A stretch of 64,000 nucleotides of DNA, taken from NCBI GenBank assembly GCA_023898465.1, contig CP060223.1, forward strand, positions 416,001-480,000. The letters run 5' to 3'. A program made the translations under genes and the position numbers. This stretch comes from Candidatus Nomurabacteria bacterium (lineage in GTDB: Bacteria > Patescibacteriota > Patescibacteriia > HK-STAS-PATE-3). The notes under the pieces were generated by a model that did not search any database, was not told the DNA's origin, and saw only the letters and a list, made by a program, of their open reading frames with translations. Shown piece by piece: positions 1 through 9,317 of the stretch; position 1 is the first letter of the stretch; every line of letters begins with the position of its first letter.

Positions 1-277
1 GGTTATAGATAACCAGATCCGTTTGTGTAAAATCACGCAGCTCATGTTTGCCAAATACATAGCGCGGCTTAAATTTCTGTAGCGCTTTTTTTGCAGCCTG
101 GAAATGAGCAGGTGACTTTTCGTCAGTCACCGTTACTTTTGCACCAAGCTCACTAAAAAATTTCACCGAGGACCAGCCACTCCCCTGTTGAAACTGCCCT
201 AAACCCATGACAGTCACGCGTTTTCCAGCCCACTCTTTCTTAAGTGCTTTACGTAAATCAGTTGCCTTTGTCAGCAT
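1..277 (-). CDS. murD: UDP-N-acetylmuramoylalanine--D-glutamate ligase MurD, N-terminal part (gene continues beyond window start)
   Basis: The reverse-complement translation from ATG at 275-277 reads MLTKATDLRKALKKEWAGKRVTVMGLGQFQQGSGWSSVKFFSELGAKVTVTDEK... This matches the MurD N-terminal Rossmann motif (V-x-V-x-G-L-G-x-x-G). It lies directly downstream of mraY on the same strand, which is the canonical dcw order. It is not in the ORF track because it is truncated at the window edge. Confidence 0.6.
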   Translation of the reverse strand, partial: MLTKATDLRKALKKEWAGKRVTVMGLGQFQQGSGWSSVKFFSELGAKVTVTDEKSPAHFQAAKKALQKFKPRYVFGKHELRDFTQTDLVIYN

Positions 278-278
278 T

Positions 279-1325
279 TTATTGGACAAAGAGATAGAAG
301 CTTAATCCTAATACAGCCATAACTGCAGTAAGTACCCAGAAACGCATTACAATCTTTGTTTCAGGCCAACCAATTGCTTCGAAATGGTGATGCAGGGGGG
401 TGGAAAGAAAGACTTTTTTCTTTCGAATCTTTTTTGAGCTTAATTGGATGATGACGGAAAGCGCCTCAGCAACAAACACAAAGCCAATAATTGGCAAAAT
501 GTATACAGCGTTAGTAAGTATTGCCACTATTGCGAGTGTGGTACCAAGCGACATTGATCCCGTATCGCCCATGAAAAAGCGGGCCGGGTGGATATTAAAC
601 CAAAGAAATGCAAGTAAGGCCCCGGAAATAACTGCGCAAAATGTTGCCAAATCAACACTACCCTGGCTAAAGGCAATTAGTCCGAAAACCGCAAAACAAG
701 CAAGAAGCGTGCCGCCAGCCAAACCATCCAGCCCATCCGTTTCATTTACCGAAAATGACGTTGCCACAATCAGGAACACGATAATCGGTGCAAACCACCA
801 GCCCAGGTCATAGTTCCCAAGAAAAGGAACATACATAGTGGTCCAATCAAGCTTAGCAACAAACCACCAGGCGCCAACAATAGCGATGGCGGTATAAATA
901 ATGAGCTTGTGCCGGACGCGTAATCCACCTCCATTTGCGCCCATTTTACGCACATTATAGTAATCATCTAGCAACCCAACTAGTGCGGTAGCGATTAATG
1001 CACCGAGAGGTAAAAGGGTTTCTGAACGAGTAAGGAAATTGAGCTGTTTAAAGAAATCAAAGTCGCTTAAGAGTGCTATCCAAGCAATAACTAGCGCAAT
1101 AACTAAAGTAGTTACCCAGATAAGCATCCCACCCATAGTAGGGGTGCCTGACTTAGCTTGGTGCATTTTTGCGTAAATCGGTGCAGAATCTTCGCTTCGA
1201 ATTTGCTTACCTAACTTGTGACGATAGAGAAAGCTTGTCAGAAGTGGTGTCCAAAGTATCGTAACAATAAAAGCAAGTGTCGCGAGCGAGAAAACTTTGA
1301 GTACGGAAAAAGTATCGTGAAACAT
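279..1325 (-). CDS. mraY: phospho-N-acetylmuramoyl-pentapeptide transferase
   Basis: 348 aa polytopic membrane protein carrying MraY signature motifs (TPTMGG, DDYYNV, NETDGLDGLA, MGDTGS, HHHFE). It is followed on the same strand by murD. Confidence 0.9.
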   Translation of the reverse strand: MFHDTFSVLKVFSLATLAFIVTILWTPLLTSFLYRHKLGKQIRSEDSAPIYAKMHQAKSGTPTMGGMLIWVTTLVIALVIAWIALLSDFDFFKQLNFLTRSETLLPLGALIATALVGLLDDYYNVRKMGANGGGLRVRHKLIIYTAIAIVGAWWFVAKLDWTTMYVPFLGNYDLGWWFAPIIVFLIVATSFSVNETDGLDGLAGGTLLACFAVFGLIAFSQGSVDLATFCAVISGALLAFLWFNIHPARFFMGDTGSMSLGTTLAIVAILTNAVYILPIIGFVFVAEALSVIIQLSSKKIRKKKVFLSTPLHHHFEAIGWPETKIVMRFWVLTAVMAVLGLSFYLFVQ

Positions 1326-1697
1326 TTAAAAGAAGTTATAAAGCAAAAATCCTGTGCTGAGTGTAAGCATCACTTGTAGTAAAAACGCTCCACTCATAAG
1401 CACATCGGGCACAATTCGTTCGCGTCGAAAAAGAACACTAAAAAGAAAGTGCAAGAGAATAACAAGTAGCCCGATCGCGGGCATGTAGAAGAGCTGCTCC
1501 CATTGGCCGATTCTATCTATACCTAGCACAGTGCTATAATGCAGCGGCACAAAGTCGTCACTTGATTGGGCAAAGCGATATATAGCCAGCCAAATCGCTA
1601 TATTGAGCAAAAAGCTAAGCAACAGAAAAAGAGTTGCCCAACGATTTTTCCCAAATAATCGGATATTCGTTAGTATAGGAGAAAGTATTGGAACCAT
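1326..1697 (-). CDS. small hydrophobic membrane protein, unknown function (upstream of mraY on the same strand)
   Basis: 123 aa ORF with 3-4 predicted TM segments. It abuts the mraY start with a stop/start junction. No recognisable motif. Confidence 0.35.
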   Translation of the reverse strand: MVPILSPILTNIRLFGKNRWATLFLLLSFLLNIAIWLAIYRFAQSSDDFVPLHYSTVLGIDRIGQWEQLFYMPAIGLLVILLHFLFSVLFRRERIVPDVLMSGAFLLQVMLTLSTGFLLYNFF

Positions 1698-3500
1698 ATG
1701 CAGGCAAGCTCACACAAATATCGCATAGCGCTGATAGGCGTGCTCCTCATCGTTGCGATCTTACAAATCTTTGGCGCTCTAGGTGATTCGCAAACAATTG
1801 ATGAAGGCGCCCACCTTGCCAGTGGTTATTCCTATTGGAAAACTGGCGATTTTCGTTTAAATCCCGAGCATCCCCCTCTCAGTAAGATGCTATCTAGCGC
1901 ACCGCTTTTACTGCTAAATCTGCAATTTCCAAGCGATGCACAAAGCTGGATCGATGCTAATCAATGGGACTTTGCTCGTGATTTTTTATACCATAATTTA
2001 GCTAATCCGCAAAGCCTCTTCTTTCTCGGTCGACTACCCATCATCGGACTCTTTTTGCTTTTGATCGCAGTTTTCTATTTCTTCTGCGAAAAACTTTTTT
2101 CACCGAGGGCCAGTCTTTTAGCGAGTATACTTTTTTCACTTGATCCAACCCTGCTTGCCCACGGCAGACTGATCACAACGGACGTGAGTCTTACTGCTTT
2201 TTATTTTTTCAGCACTATTGCTTTACTTGGATTTGTACAAAAACCAAATCTGCGACGCTTTTTCCTTTTTGCCTTTACTTTTACTATTGCTCAACTGGTG
2301 AAGTTCTCTGCACTTTTTCTATGGCCAATTTTTCTTACCTTAGTGCTCATTGCTCTCTTTATCAAAAAATACAACCGTAGCTACATTAGTGAAAAATTTA
2401 CCGCAAAGCGAGCTTTATTGTTATTACTTGGTCTTATACTTTTGTTTGCAATAAGCACATGGACAATATATGGTTTCGAGCTGCGAACGATTAGCACTAT
2501 ACCAAGTGTTGAGGGGTATTATGATCTAGTTGATATGAAGGGCTTTGAAGAGGCTTCCGGGGCACTTGTTGGTATCCCTTTTTGGGAAAATGTGCTTAAT
2601 CCTACACATTCATCGTCTCAATCCATACGAAATTTTGTTCATACCGTGCCAATCCCCGCCCTCCACTACTTTGACGGTATTATGGAGCTGGCATTGCATA
2701 ATTATTATGGTCACGGCACGTATTTATTAGGAAAAACCTCTAATTTAGGCTGGTGGTATTACTTCCCCATCGCCCTTATTATTAAACTACCAGCAGTAAT
2801 TTTGTTGCTCTTCCTGCTTTTCTTGTTTTGGCAAGCTCGTCAAGCTTGGCTACAAGTACAGACGAGCGCGGAAACACACCCCTTTTTCACTAGGGTGTGG
2901 CACTTTTTCCGCTCACGTAGTTTTTTAAGTTACTTGCTAGTTTTACCGCCGCTCATATATTTCCTCGTAAGTCTCACAAGTCATATTAATCTTGGCGTTC
3001 GGCATCTCTTACCTATCTTTCCTTTTATTTATCTTGCTGTTGCATTTATGCTGGATCGAGTGTTGCTGAGATTTTTTTATGGAAAAATAATTACCGGGAT
3101 ACTTTTTGGCATAGTACTGATTATGGCTGTACTTACCTACCCAAATCATCTTTCGTATTTTAGTGAGATAGTCGGCGGTGAACGTAATGGGCCAAAATAT
3201 TTACTTGATTCAAACCTTGATTGGGGTCAGGGGTATTATGATCTCAAAGAATATATGGATGAGAAGCAGATCGACGCAATCCGCGGCGTATTTTTCTTCT
3301 CTGGTGATCTCGATGTCTTAGGCATTCACCTTCTCCATCTGCCCACGAATGACGAAGTTGCGCAACAGGGTGCTCCATCTGGAATTTTAGCCATAGACGT
3401 TGGCACATTAGCGAATCCGGATTACCCATACACTTGGCTTTGGCAGTATCAACCGGTGAAAAAAATTCGCGGATCAATATTTATCTACGAGCTACCTTAA
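1698..3500 (+). CDS. GT-C membrane glycosyltransferase, family 39 / ArnT / PMT-like (dolichyl/undecaprenyl-phosphate-sugar dependent)
   Basis: 600 aa polytopic protein. The first periplasmic loop has the PMT/ArnT-type DE motif region (DEGAHLASGYSYWKTGDFRLNPEHPPLSKML), there are many TM helices, and a soluble C-terminal domain follows. Confidence 0.7.
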   Translation: MQASSHKYRIALIGVLLIVAILQIFGALGDSQTIDEGAHLASGYSYWKTGDFRLNPEHPPLSKMLSSAPLLLLNLQFPSDAQSWIDANQWDFARDFLYHNLANPQSLFFLGRLPIIGLFLLLIAVFYFFCEKLFSPRASLLASILFSLDPTLLAHGRLITTDVSLTAFYFFSTIALLGFVQKPNLRRFFLFAFTFTIAQLVKFSALFLWPIFLTLVLIALFIKKYNRSYISEKFTAKRALLLLLGLILLFAISTWTIYGFELRTISTIPSVEGYYDLVDMKGFEEASGALVGIPFWENVLNPTHSSSQSIRNFVHTVPIPALHYFDGIMELALHNYYGHGTYLLGKTSNLGWWYYFPIALIIKLPAVILLLFLLFLFWQARQAWLQVQTSAETHPFFTRVWHFFRSRSFLSYLLVLPPLIYFLVSLTSHINLGVRHLLPIFPFIYLAVAFMLDRVLLRFFYGKIITGILFGIVLIMAVLTYPNHLSYFSEIVGGERNGPKYLLDSNLDWGQGYYDLKEYMDEKQIDAIRGVFFFSGDLDVLGIHLLHLPTNDEVAQQGAPSGILAIDVGTLANPDYPYTWLWQYQPVKKIRGSIFIYELP

Positions 3501-3505
3501 TTTAC

Positions 3506-3534
3506 TTTACGTTTCAGCACTTCTCTGGTATAAT
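3506..3534 (+). promoter_or_regulatory. sigma70-like promoter of the pilus operon: -35 TTTACG (3506-3511), 17-nt spacer, TG-extended -10 TATAAT (3529-3534)
   Basis: Sequence reads tttacg-N17-(tg)gTATAAT, about 45 nt upstream of pilB. A strong SD (AGGGGG) precedes ATG 3582. Confidence 0.4.
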
Positions 3535-3581
3535 CAAAAGCGCAAAATCTAAACACAAGAGGTACTTAGGGGGTCAGGGGG

Positions 3582-5309
3582 ATGTCACACGAAGAAAAAC
3601 TCAAAGAAGCGCTGACGAAAGGAAAAATACTCAGCGTAGAACAAGTAGAAAAAGCCACGCTCGACGCTCGTAATAAGAACGCCGATCTTCGTGATTGGTT
3701 AGTGCAAGAAAATCTAGTTTCCGAGGCGATTTTATATGAAGCTTTAGCAAAAACCTACAAGCTTCCTTTTGTTGACCTGAAAAACCAAGTAGTTCGCGGA
3801 GATGTTTTGCACTTAATCCCCGAGCCTTTTGTGCAGATGCATAACGTTGTGGCTTATGATCGAAGCGGCGAAGTACTTAAAGTTGCCATGCTTGATCCAG
3901 ATGACCTACAGATTACTGAGTTCCTAAAACGCCGCATCCAGCAGCGTATAGAAATTGCGATTACCACACCGAGTAGTATTCGGGAAATACTAAAACAGTA
4001 TCATCGTGGACTTCGAGCGGAGTTTAAAGACATTACCAAGGTTGATGAGAAAGATGTTAGCTCGGAAAAGGACCTAAAAAAGCTTGCTGAAGACCTGCCA
4101 GTTGTACGGATTGTTGATACCTTACTCGAATACGCGATTTTTGAAGGCGCTTCTGATATTCACATCGAGCCGACTGAGCACGATACCATAGTACGCTATA
4201 GAGTTGATGGTATTTTGCGCGAAGTAATGACCCTGCCGAAAACAATACATAATGGCGTGGTAGCTCGCGTAAAAATCTTGTCAGATCTCAAAATTGACGA
4301 GCACCGTTTACCACAAGACGGTCGTTTTAAAATAAATACTGACGATCACAAAGTTTCCTTTCGTGTCTCCATTTTACCTGTGTATGATGGTGAAAAAATC
4401 GTCTTACGTATTCTGCACGAGTCAGCTCAGGTACTTACTCTTGAGCAGCTCGGTCTGCAGCAAAGTGCGTTAGAGCTTGTTAAGGCAAATATTAAAAAAC
4501 CGCACGGCATGATTCTGGTGACCGGACCGACTGGGTCAGGAAAAACCACCACGCTTTATACGATTCTCAACATATTAAATACGCCCAAGGTAAATATTTC
4601 CACTGTCGAGGATCCTATTGAATATCGCATGCCCCGGGTAAATCAAACCCAGGCCAACTCTCGAATCGGTTTAACTTTTGCTAATGGTTTACGTGCTCTG
4701 CTGCGTCAGGATCCGAATATCATCATGGTTGGTGAAATTCGCGATAATGAGACTGCCAATATGGCGACACAGGCTGCTCTAACTGGACACTTAGTACTCT
4801 CCACTCTGCACACCAATGATGCGGTTACCGCACTTCCCCGTCTCATTGAAATGGATGTGCCAACTTTCTTAATCGCCTCAACCACAAACGTCGTGATTGC
4901 ACAACGTTTAGTAAGAAAAATTTGCCTAAACTGTATTGAGAGCTACACCTTAACCAAGAAATCTATCGAGGAGCTAGAAAAGCAAATTAATGTTGAATTT
5001 ATCCTCAAAGCATTGCAAGCCGAGGGAGTTATTATGTCGAATAAGCAGTCCTTTGATGAATTACTTTTCTATCGAGGGAAAGGATGTAAACAATGCAATT
5101 CTGAAGGTTATAAGGGTCGTATAGGTATCTACGAGGTGCTGCAGGTATCTGATACTATTTCACGACTGATCATGGAGCAAGCAACGGCTGATCAAATACG
5201 CAAAGCAGCAATTGAGGAAGGCATGTTGCTTATGGTGCAAGACGGATTTATTAAGGCAAAAATGGGACTTACTACTATTGAAGAGGTGCTTCGAGTTACT
5301 AAGGAATAG
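3582..5309 (+). CDS. pilB: type IV pilus assembly / type II secretion ATPase (GspE/PilB family)
   Basis: 575 aa. N-terminal GSPII-type domain, Walker A VTGPTGSGKTTTLY, Asp box and His box, and a C-terminal tetracysteine motif (CLNC...CKQC). Confidence 0.9.
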   Translation: MSHEEKLKEALTKGKILSVEQVEKATLDARNKNADLRDWLVQENLVSEAILYEALAKTYKLPFVDLKNQVVRGDVLHLIPEPFVQMHNVVAYDRSGEVLKVAMLDPDDLQITEFLKRRIQQRIEIAITTPSSIREILKQYHRGLRAEFKDITKVDEKDVSSEKDLKKLAEDLPVVRIVDTLLEYAIFEGASDIHIEPTEHDTIVRYRVDGILREVMTLPKTIHNGVVARVKILSDLKIDEHRLPQDGRFKINTDDHKVSFRVSILPVYDGEKIVLRILHESAQVLTLEQLGLQQSALELVKANIKKPHGMILVTGPTGSGKTTTLYTILNILNTPKVNISTVEDPIEYRMPRVNQTQANSRIGLTFANGLRALLRQDPNIIMVGEIRDNETANMATQAALTGHLVLSTLHTNDAVTALPRLIEMDVPTFLIASTTNVVIAQRLVRKICLNCIESYTLTKKSIEELEKQINVEFILKALQAEGVIMSNKQSFDELLFYRGKGCKQCNSEGYKGRIGIYEVLQVSDTISRLIMEQATADQIRKAAIEEGMLLMVQDGFIKAKMGLTTIEEVLRVTKE

Positions 5310-5311
5310 TC

Positions 5312-6514
5312 ATGTCGATTTTTACGTATACTGGAGTAAAAGCGGGTAAAAAGGTAAAAGGCAGCGTTGTTGCTGATACTCAAGAGCAAGCAAAGGCGCA
5401 AATTGAGACCAAGGGCTTGCAAATCAATGGCTTGAAAGAAGAAGCGCCTAAATCAGGTGTAATGGATAGGCTTTTGAACCGAGTTTCGATTGTTCAGAAG
5501 CTTTTTTTCACACAAAACCTTGAGGTAATGATACGTACGGGCTTTTCTCTTAGTCTTGCCCTGCAAACTCTCGCGCAGCAAATTAGCAATAAGCGCTTTC
5601 AGTGGATTATTGCGCAGATGACCAGCGATGTCCGGTCTGGAAAAACCTTTGCCTCAGCCCTAGAAAAGCACAAAGATGTGTTTAGTGAAGTTTTTGTGAG
5701 CATGATTGCAACTGGTGAATCGAGCGGTAAATTGCAGGAGGTCCTGAAACGACTTGCGGTGCAGCTAAAGAAAGATCATTTGCTTGTTGCAAAGGTAAAA
5801 AACGCGCTCACCTATCCTGTTATTGTCGTGGTTGCTATGGTCGCAATAGGCATAGCGGTAACTGTCTTTGTTGTACCTAAATTGGTCACTGTTTTTGAGG
5901 AAAGTAATGTAGAACTTCCACTTCCGACAAAAATTCTCATCACAACAAGCGACGTATTGATTCATTACGGATATCTCATCGCAATTGGCGTAGCACTCGC
6001 CGTTGTCGGATTTTTACGCCTCCTAAAGCTGAATAAAGTGCGCTATACCATGGATCGGCTTATTTTGAAGTTACCCATAGCTGGTCAAATAGTGAAAAAA
6101 ATTCACTTGGCTCAACTTACTCGTACTCTCTCTTCACTACTTGAGACTGATATACATATTGTTGAGAGCTTTCAAATTATTGCTCGGACAATGTCAAACA
6201 GTCAGTATCGCTTAGCCATAGAACAAGCAGCTGAAAAACTAAAAACTGGCTCAACAATTGCTACTGTGCTTGGCGAGCATCCTGATTTATTTACCCCGAT
6301 TCTCATACAAATGGTAACAGTTGGAGAACAAAGTGGATCTCTTGATCAAATCGCCAACGAGGTTGCTGACTTCTATGAATCAGATGTAGATGACACGATG
6401 AGTAATTTATCGACTATCATTGAGCCAATACTCATGCTCTTGCTGGGTGGCGCGGTCGCGCTTCTCGCGGTGTCGATTATTCTCCCCATCTATCAACTCA
6501 CCGAAGCCATTTGA
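5312..6514 (+). CDS. pilC: type IV pilus inner-membrane platform protein (GspF/PilC family)
   Basis: 400 aa. Two repeated GspF-like domains with 3 TM helices. It sits immediately after pilB with a 2-nt gap. Confidence 0.85.
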   Translation: MSIFTYTGVKAGKKVKGSVVADTQEQAKAQIETKGLQINGLKEEAPKSGVMDRLLNRVSIVQKLFFTQNLEVMIRTGFSLSLALQTLAQQISNKRFQWIIAQMTSDVRSGKTFASALEKHKDVFSEVFVSMIATGESSGKLQEVLKRLAVQLKKDHLLVAKVKNALTYPVIVVVAMVAIGIAVTVFVVPKLVTVFEESNVELPLPTKILITTSDVLIHYGYLIAIGVALAVVGFLRLLKLNKVRYTMDRLILKLPIAGQIVKKIHLAQLTRTLSSLLETDIHIVESFQIIARTMSNSQYRLAIEQAAEKLKTGSTIATVLGEHPDLFTPILIQMVTVGEQSGSLDQIANEVADFYESDVDDTMSNLSTIIEPILMLLLGGAVALLAVSIILPIYQLTEAI

Positions 6515-8718
6515 AGTCAGCGCGAACAAAAAACAAAAAAACTCCTAAAGGCTTCACTCTGATTGAGGCTTTGGTTGGCTTAGGCATACTTTCTATTATT
6601 CTTGCGGCCGTTTTGAGTATGTATTACTCAAATTTACAAGCCCTTGGCATTGCGCGCGCCCGACTAACTGCTTCTAGCTTAGCAAGTGAGGAAATTGAAA
6701 TCATCGAAAATCTTCCTTACGCAGATGTCGGCACAACAACTGGCTGGCCTCTCGGTGTGCTGCCTAGCTCTCGACAAGTGAATCGTAATGGTCTGACATT
6801 TACGGTTAGTGTGTACCCTAAATACGTTGACGATCCTTTTGACGGAGATGCATTTGGCACTGTGGCGGGTAAACCTACTGATACGCAACCGAGCGACTAT
6901 AAATTTGTCGAGGTGAGGGTTTGCTGGAGCCATTATCCGTGCAACACGCCTGTCAGTTTAAGCACGCAAATTGTACCGAATGGTGTTGAAACAGATGACG
7001 GTACTGGATCTCTCTTCATTGAAGTATTAAACGCCCAAGGTCAAGCAGTGGGTCAGGCTGATGTAAACGTAGTAAATACAACCACCGTTCCAGTAATAAA
7101 CATTAGCAGCAGCACTGGAACGAATGGGCGCTTACTTTTATCCTCTCTCCCCCCTGCCCTAGACAGCTATCAAATTACAGTTTCAAAAACAGGCCATAAC
7201 AGTGACTATACGGTTACGCCGAGTGTAGCTAATCCCAATCCTACTCGACCTGATACGTCAATTATTGCTGGTGATGTAACTGAATCAACCTTCTTTTTGG
7301 ACCATACGGCAAATCTCGAGCTTTACACTGTAGATGACACATGCACGGCGGTTTCAAATGTGCAGCTGAACCTCCGTGGTGCTTGGTTGGACGGCACATC
7401 ACCTGATGTATATCGCTATGATCAAGCACATACCACGGACGCGCTAGGACATTTGAGTTTGTCGGATTTGCAATGGGATTATTACACGCAGCTAATTGAT
7501 CCAAGTGAAGGACTGGATGTCGCCGGAACAACGATTAGTCAGCCTTATAATGTATTACCAAGTAGTAATCAGACGGTTTACGTCCATCTCGTACCCGATT
7601 CAGCAAATACCCTACTCATCACAGTGAGAGAGGCAGGCACTGCAACACCTCTCTCCGATGCAAGTGTACACGTAGAAGATGGCGTTGACTTTGACGAAAC
7701 AAAAACGACTGGACAAGGCACCTTAACGCAAAGTGACTGGTCAGGTGGATCAGGTCAAGCCGACTATAGTGACGAAACAATGTACTTTAGTCAGGATGGA
7801 AATATTGACGACACAAACGCGGGAGATATTACCCTTGTACAAGATCCCGGCAACGGAAATTTTAGTGAAGATTTTACCACTGACGTATACAAGGATCCGG
7901 TAACTAGCACAGCTAACTGGGATACGGTGAGTAATCGCGGCGAGCTTAGTTTCGACTTAGGAAATTATCAAAGTCCCGGCACTCTAGCATCGCTACAGCT
8001 TAACAGTGAGGAAGGTATTATCACGAGCGCCACGCTCACTGTTACCGAAGAGCTAAATAGTCAGTCAATTAGTTACGAGCTATCGGCCGATGGTGGTGCA
8101 CACTTTGAGGCGGTTACTCCTGGGATAAATCACACCTTCAGCACCCAGGGCACTGACTTACGCTGGCGAGCAACTCTTAGTACCACAAATACAAGTGTGA
8201 CTCCTCGAATTTTAGATCTTTCCCTGAGTTATAATTATTTAGCGTATCGAGTAAGTGGAACACTCATCTCTTCTACTTTTAATTTTGGACCGGATAGTGC
8301 GTTTGATAATATAATTTGGGCTCCACTTGCACAGCCGAGCGAGGTTGGTAGCACAAGTGTAAAATTTCAAATTGCCACAAACACTGATAATGCAACATGG
8401 AACTATGTAGGCCCTGATGGTACTGCAGGCACATATTACACGACCAGTGGTGACTCACTGTGGTCTGGTCATACCGGTGACCAGTATTTGCGCTATCAAG
8501 TTATACTGAGCACGGCTAATCAAAGCGCTTCTCCAACACTGAGCTCCATATCATTGGTGCATAGCGCTGGTTGTATTCCTCCGGGACAGGTATTTTTTAG
8601 CAGTCTCGATCCAGATACCTATCAAATAACCGTTGATAGAAGCGGGTATCAGCAATTTCTTTCCTCAGTCGATGTGTCCGGCGATACCGTATATTATGTT
8701 GACCTCGATCCATCATGA
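6511..8718 (+). CDS. giant type IV pilin-like protein (prepilin-type N-terminal cleavage/methylation domain plus about 700 aa Thr/Ser-rich beta-rich extension)
   Basis: The N-terminus MKSARTKNKKTPKG|FTLIEALVGLGILSIILAAV is a canonical class III signal, with Gly-1, Phe+1 and Glu+5. The remainder is T/S/N/D-rich and low in hydrophobic segments. Confidence 0.65.
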   Translation: MKSARTKNKKTPKGFTLIEALVGLGILSIILAAVLSMYYSNLQALGIARARLTASSLASEEIEIIENLPYADVGTTTGWPLGVLPSSRQVNRNGLTFTVSVYPKYVDDPFDGDAFGTVAGKPTDTQPSDYKFVEVRVCWSHYPCNTPVSLSTQIVPNGVETDDGTGSLFIEVLNAQGQAVGQADVNVVNTTTVPVINISSSTGTNGRLLLSSLPPALDSYQITVSKTGHNSDYTVTPSVANPNPTRPDTSIIAGDVTESTFFLDHTANLELYTVDDTCTAVSNVQLNLRGAWLDGTSPDVYRYDQAHTTDALGHLSLSDLQWDYYTQLIDPSEGLDVAGTTISQPYNVLPSSNQTVYVHLVPDSANTLLITVREAGTATPLSDASVHVEDGVDFDETKTTGQGTLTQSDWSGGSGQADYSDETMYFSQDGNIDDTNAGDITLVQDPGNGNFSEDFTTDVYKDPVTSTANWDTVSNRGELSFDLGNYQSPGTLASLQLNSEEGIITSATLTVTEELNSQSISYELSADGGAHFEAVTPGINHTFSTQGTDLRWRATLSTTNTSVTPRILDLSLSYNYLAYRVSGTLISSTFNFGPDSAFDNIIWAPLAQPSEVGSTSVKFQIATNTDNATWNYVGPDGTAGTYYTTSGDSLWSGHTGDQYLRYQVILSTANQSASPTLSSISLVHSAGCIPPGQVFFSSLDPDTYQITVDRSGYQQFLSSVDVSGDTVYYVDLDPS

Positions 8719-9317
8719 TAAATAGACAAGGGTTTACCATGCTTGAAGTGACGGTTACCATTGCGATATTTAGTTTTATTATGGTTGGAGTACTTTCTTT
8801 TATTGCCTCAAGCTACCAATCCTATTTTAAACTTAACGATCGCACCTCAACCTTGAGTAAAGGTCGGAGTGCAATGGAACGTATGTTAAAAGAAATTCGA
8901 GGTGCGCGTGAAAGTTCCCTTGGCGCTTATCCAATTAATTCAGCTACGGCAAATGAATTCATCTTTTACGCAAATATTGATAGCGATGATCTCACTGAGC
9001 GTGTTCGCTACACGCTGAGCGGAAGCACGCTATCACGTGGTGTTATCAAGCCTGTCGGCACTCCTCTCCAGTATCTCCCTGCAAATGAAGTTGTGAGTAA
9101 TCTCGCGACTGATATTTATAACGGCGCAACGCCAACCTTCGCCTATTATGATGACACCTATACCGGCAGTGAAGCTGCACTTAGTTTTCCAGTAACTGCA
9201 ACAAATGTGCGTTATGTGCAATTTACCTTAAAGGTTGATGAAACGCCCGGTTCACCTCCCGAAGCTGTTGAATTAGTCTCCTCGGCAACTATTCGAAATT
9301 TAAAAGATAACCTCTAG
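8715..9317 (+). CDS. minor (pseudo)pilin with prepilin-type N-terminal methylation domain
   Basis: 200 aa. N-terminus RQG|FTMLEVTVTIAIFSFIMVGVL has Gly-1, Phe+1 and Glu+5. It overlaps the preceding gene by 4 nt. Confidence 0.6.
   Translation: MINRQGFTMLEVTVTIAIFSFIMVGVLSFIASSYQSYFKLNDRTSTLSKGRSAMERMLKEIRGARESSLGAYPINSATANEFIFYANIDSDDLTERVRYTLSGSTLSRGVIKPVGTPLQYLPANEVVSNLATDIYNGATPTFAYYDDTYTGSEAALSFPVTATNVRYVQFTLKVDETPGSPPEAVELVSSATIRNLKDNL

Noticed and set aside
400-967. ORFs 400..813 (+) and 770..967 (-) inside or opposite mraY
   Set aside because: They completely overlap a confidently identified mraY coding frame. They have no RBS or motif and are most likely frame artefacts.
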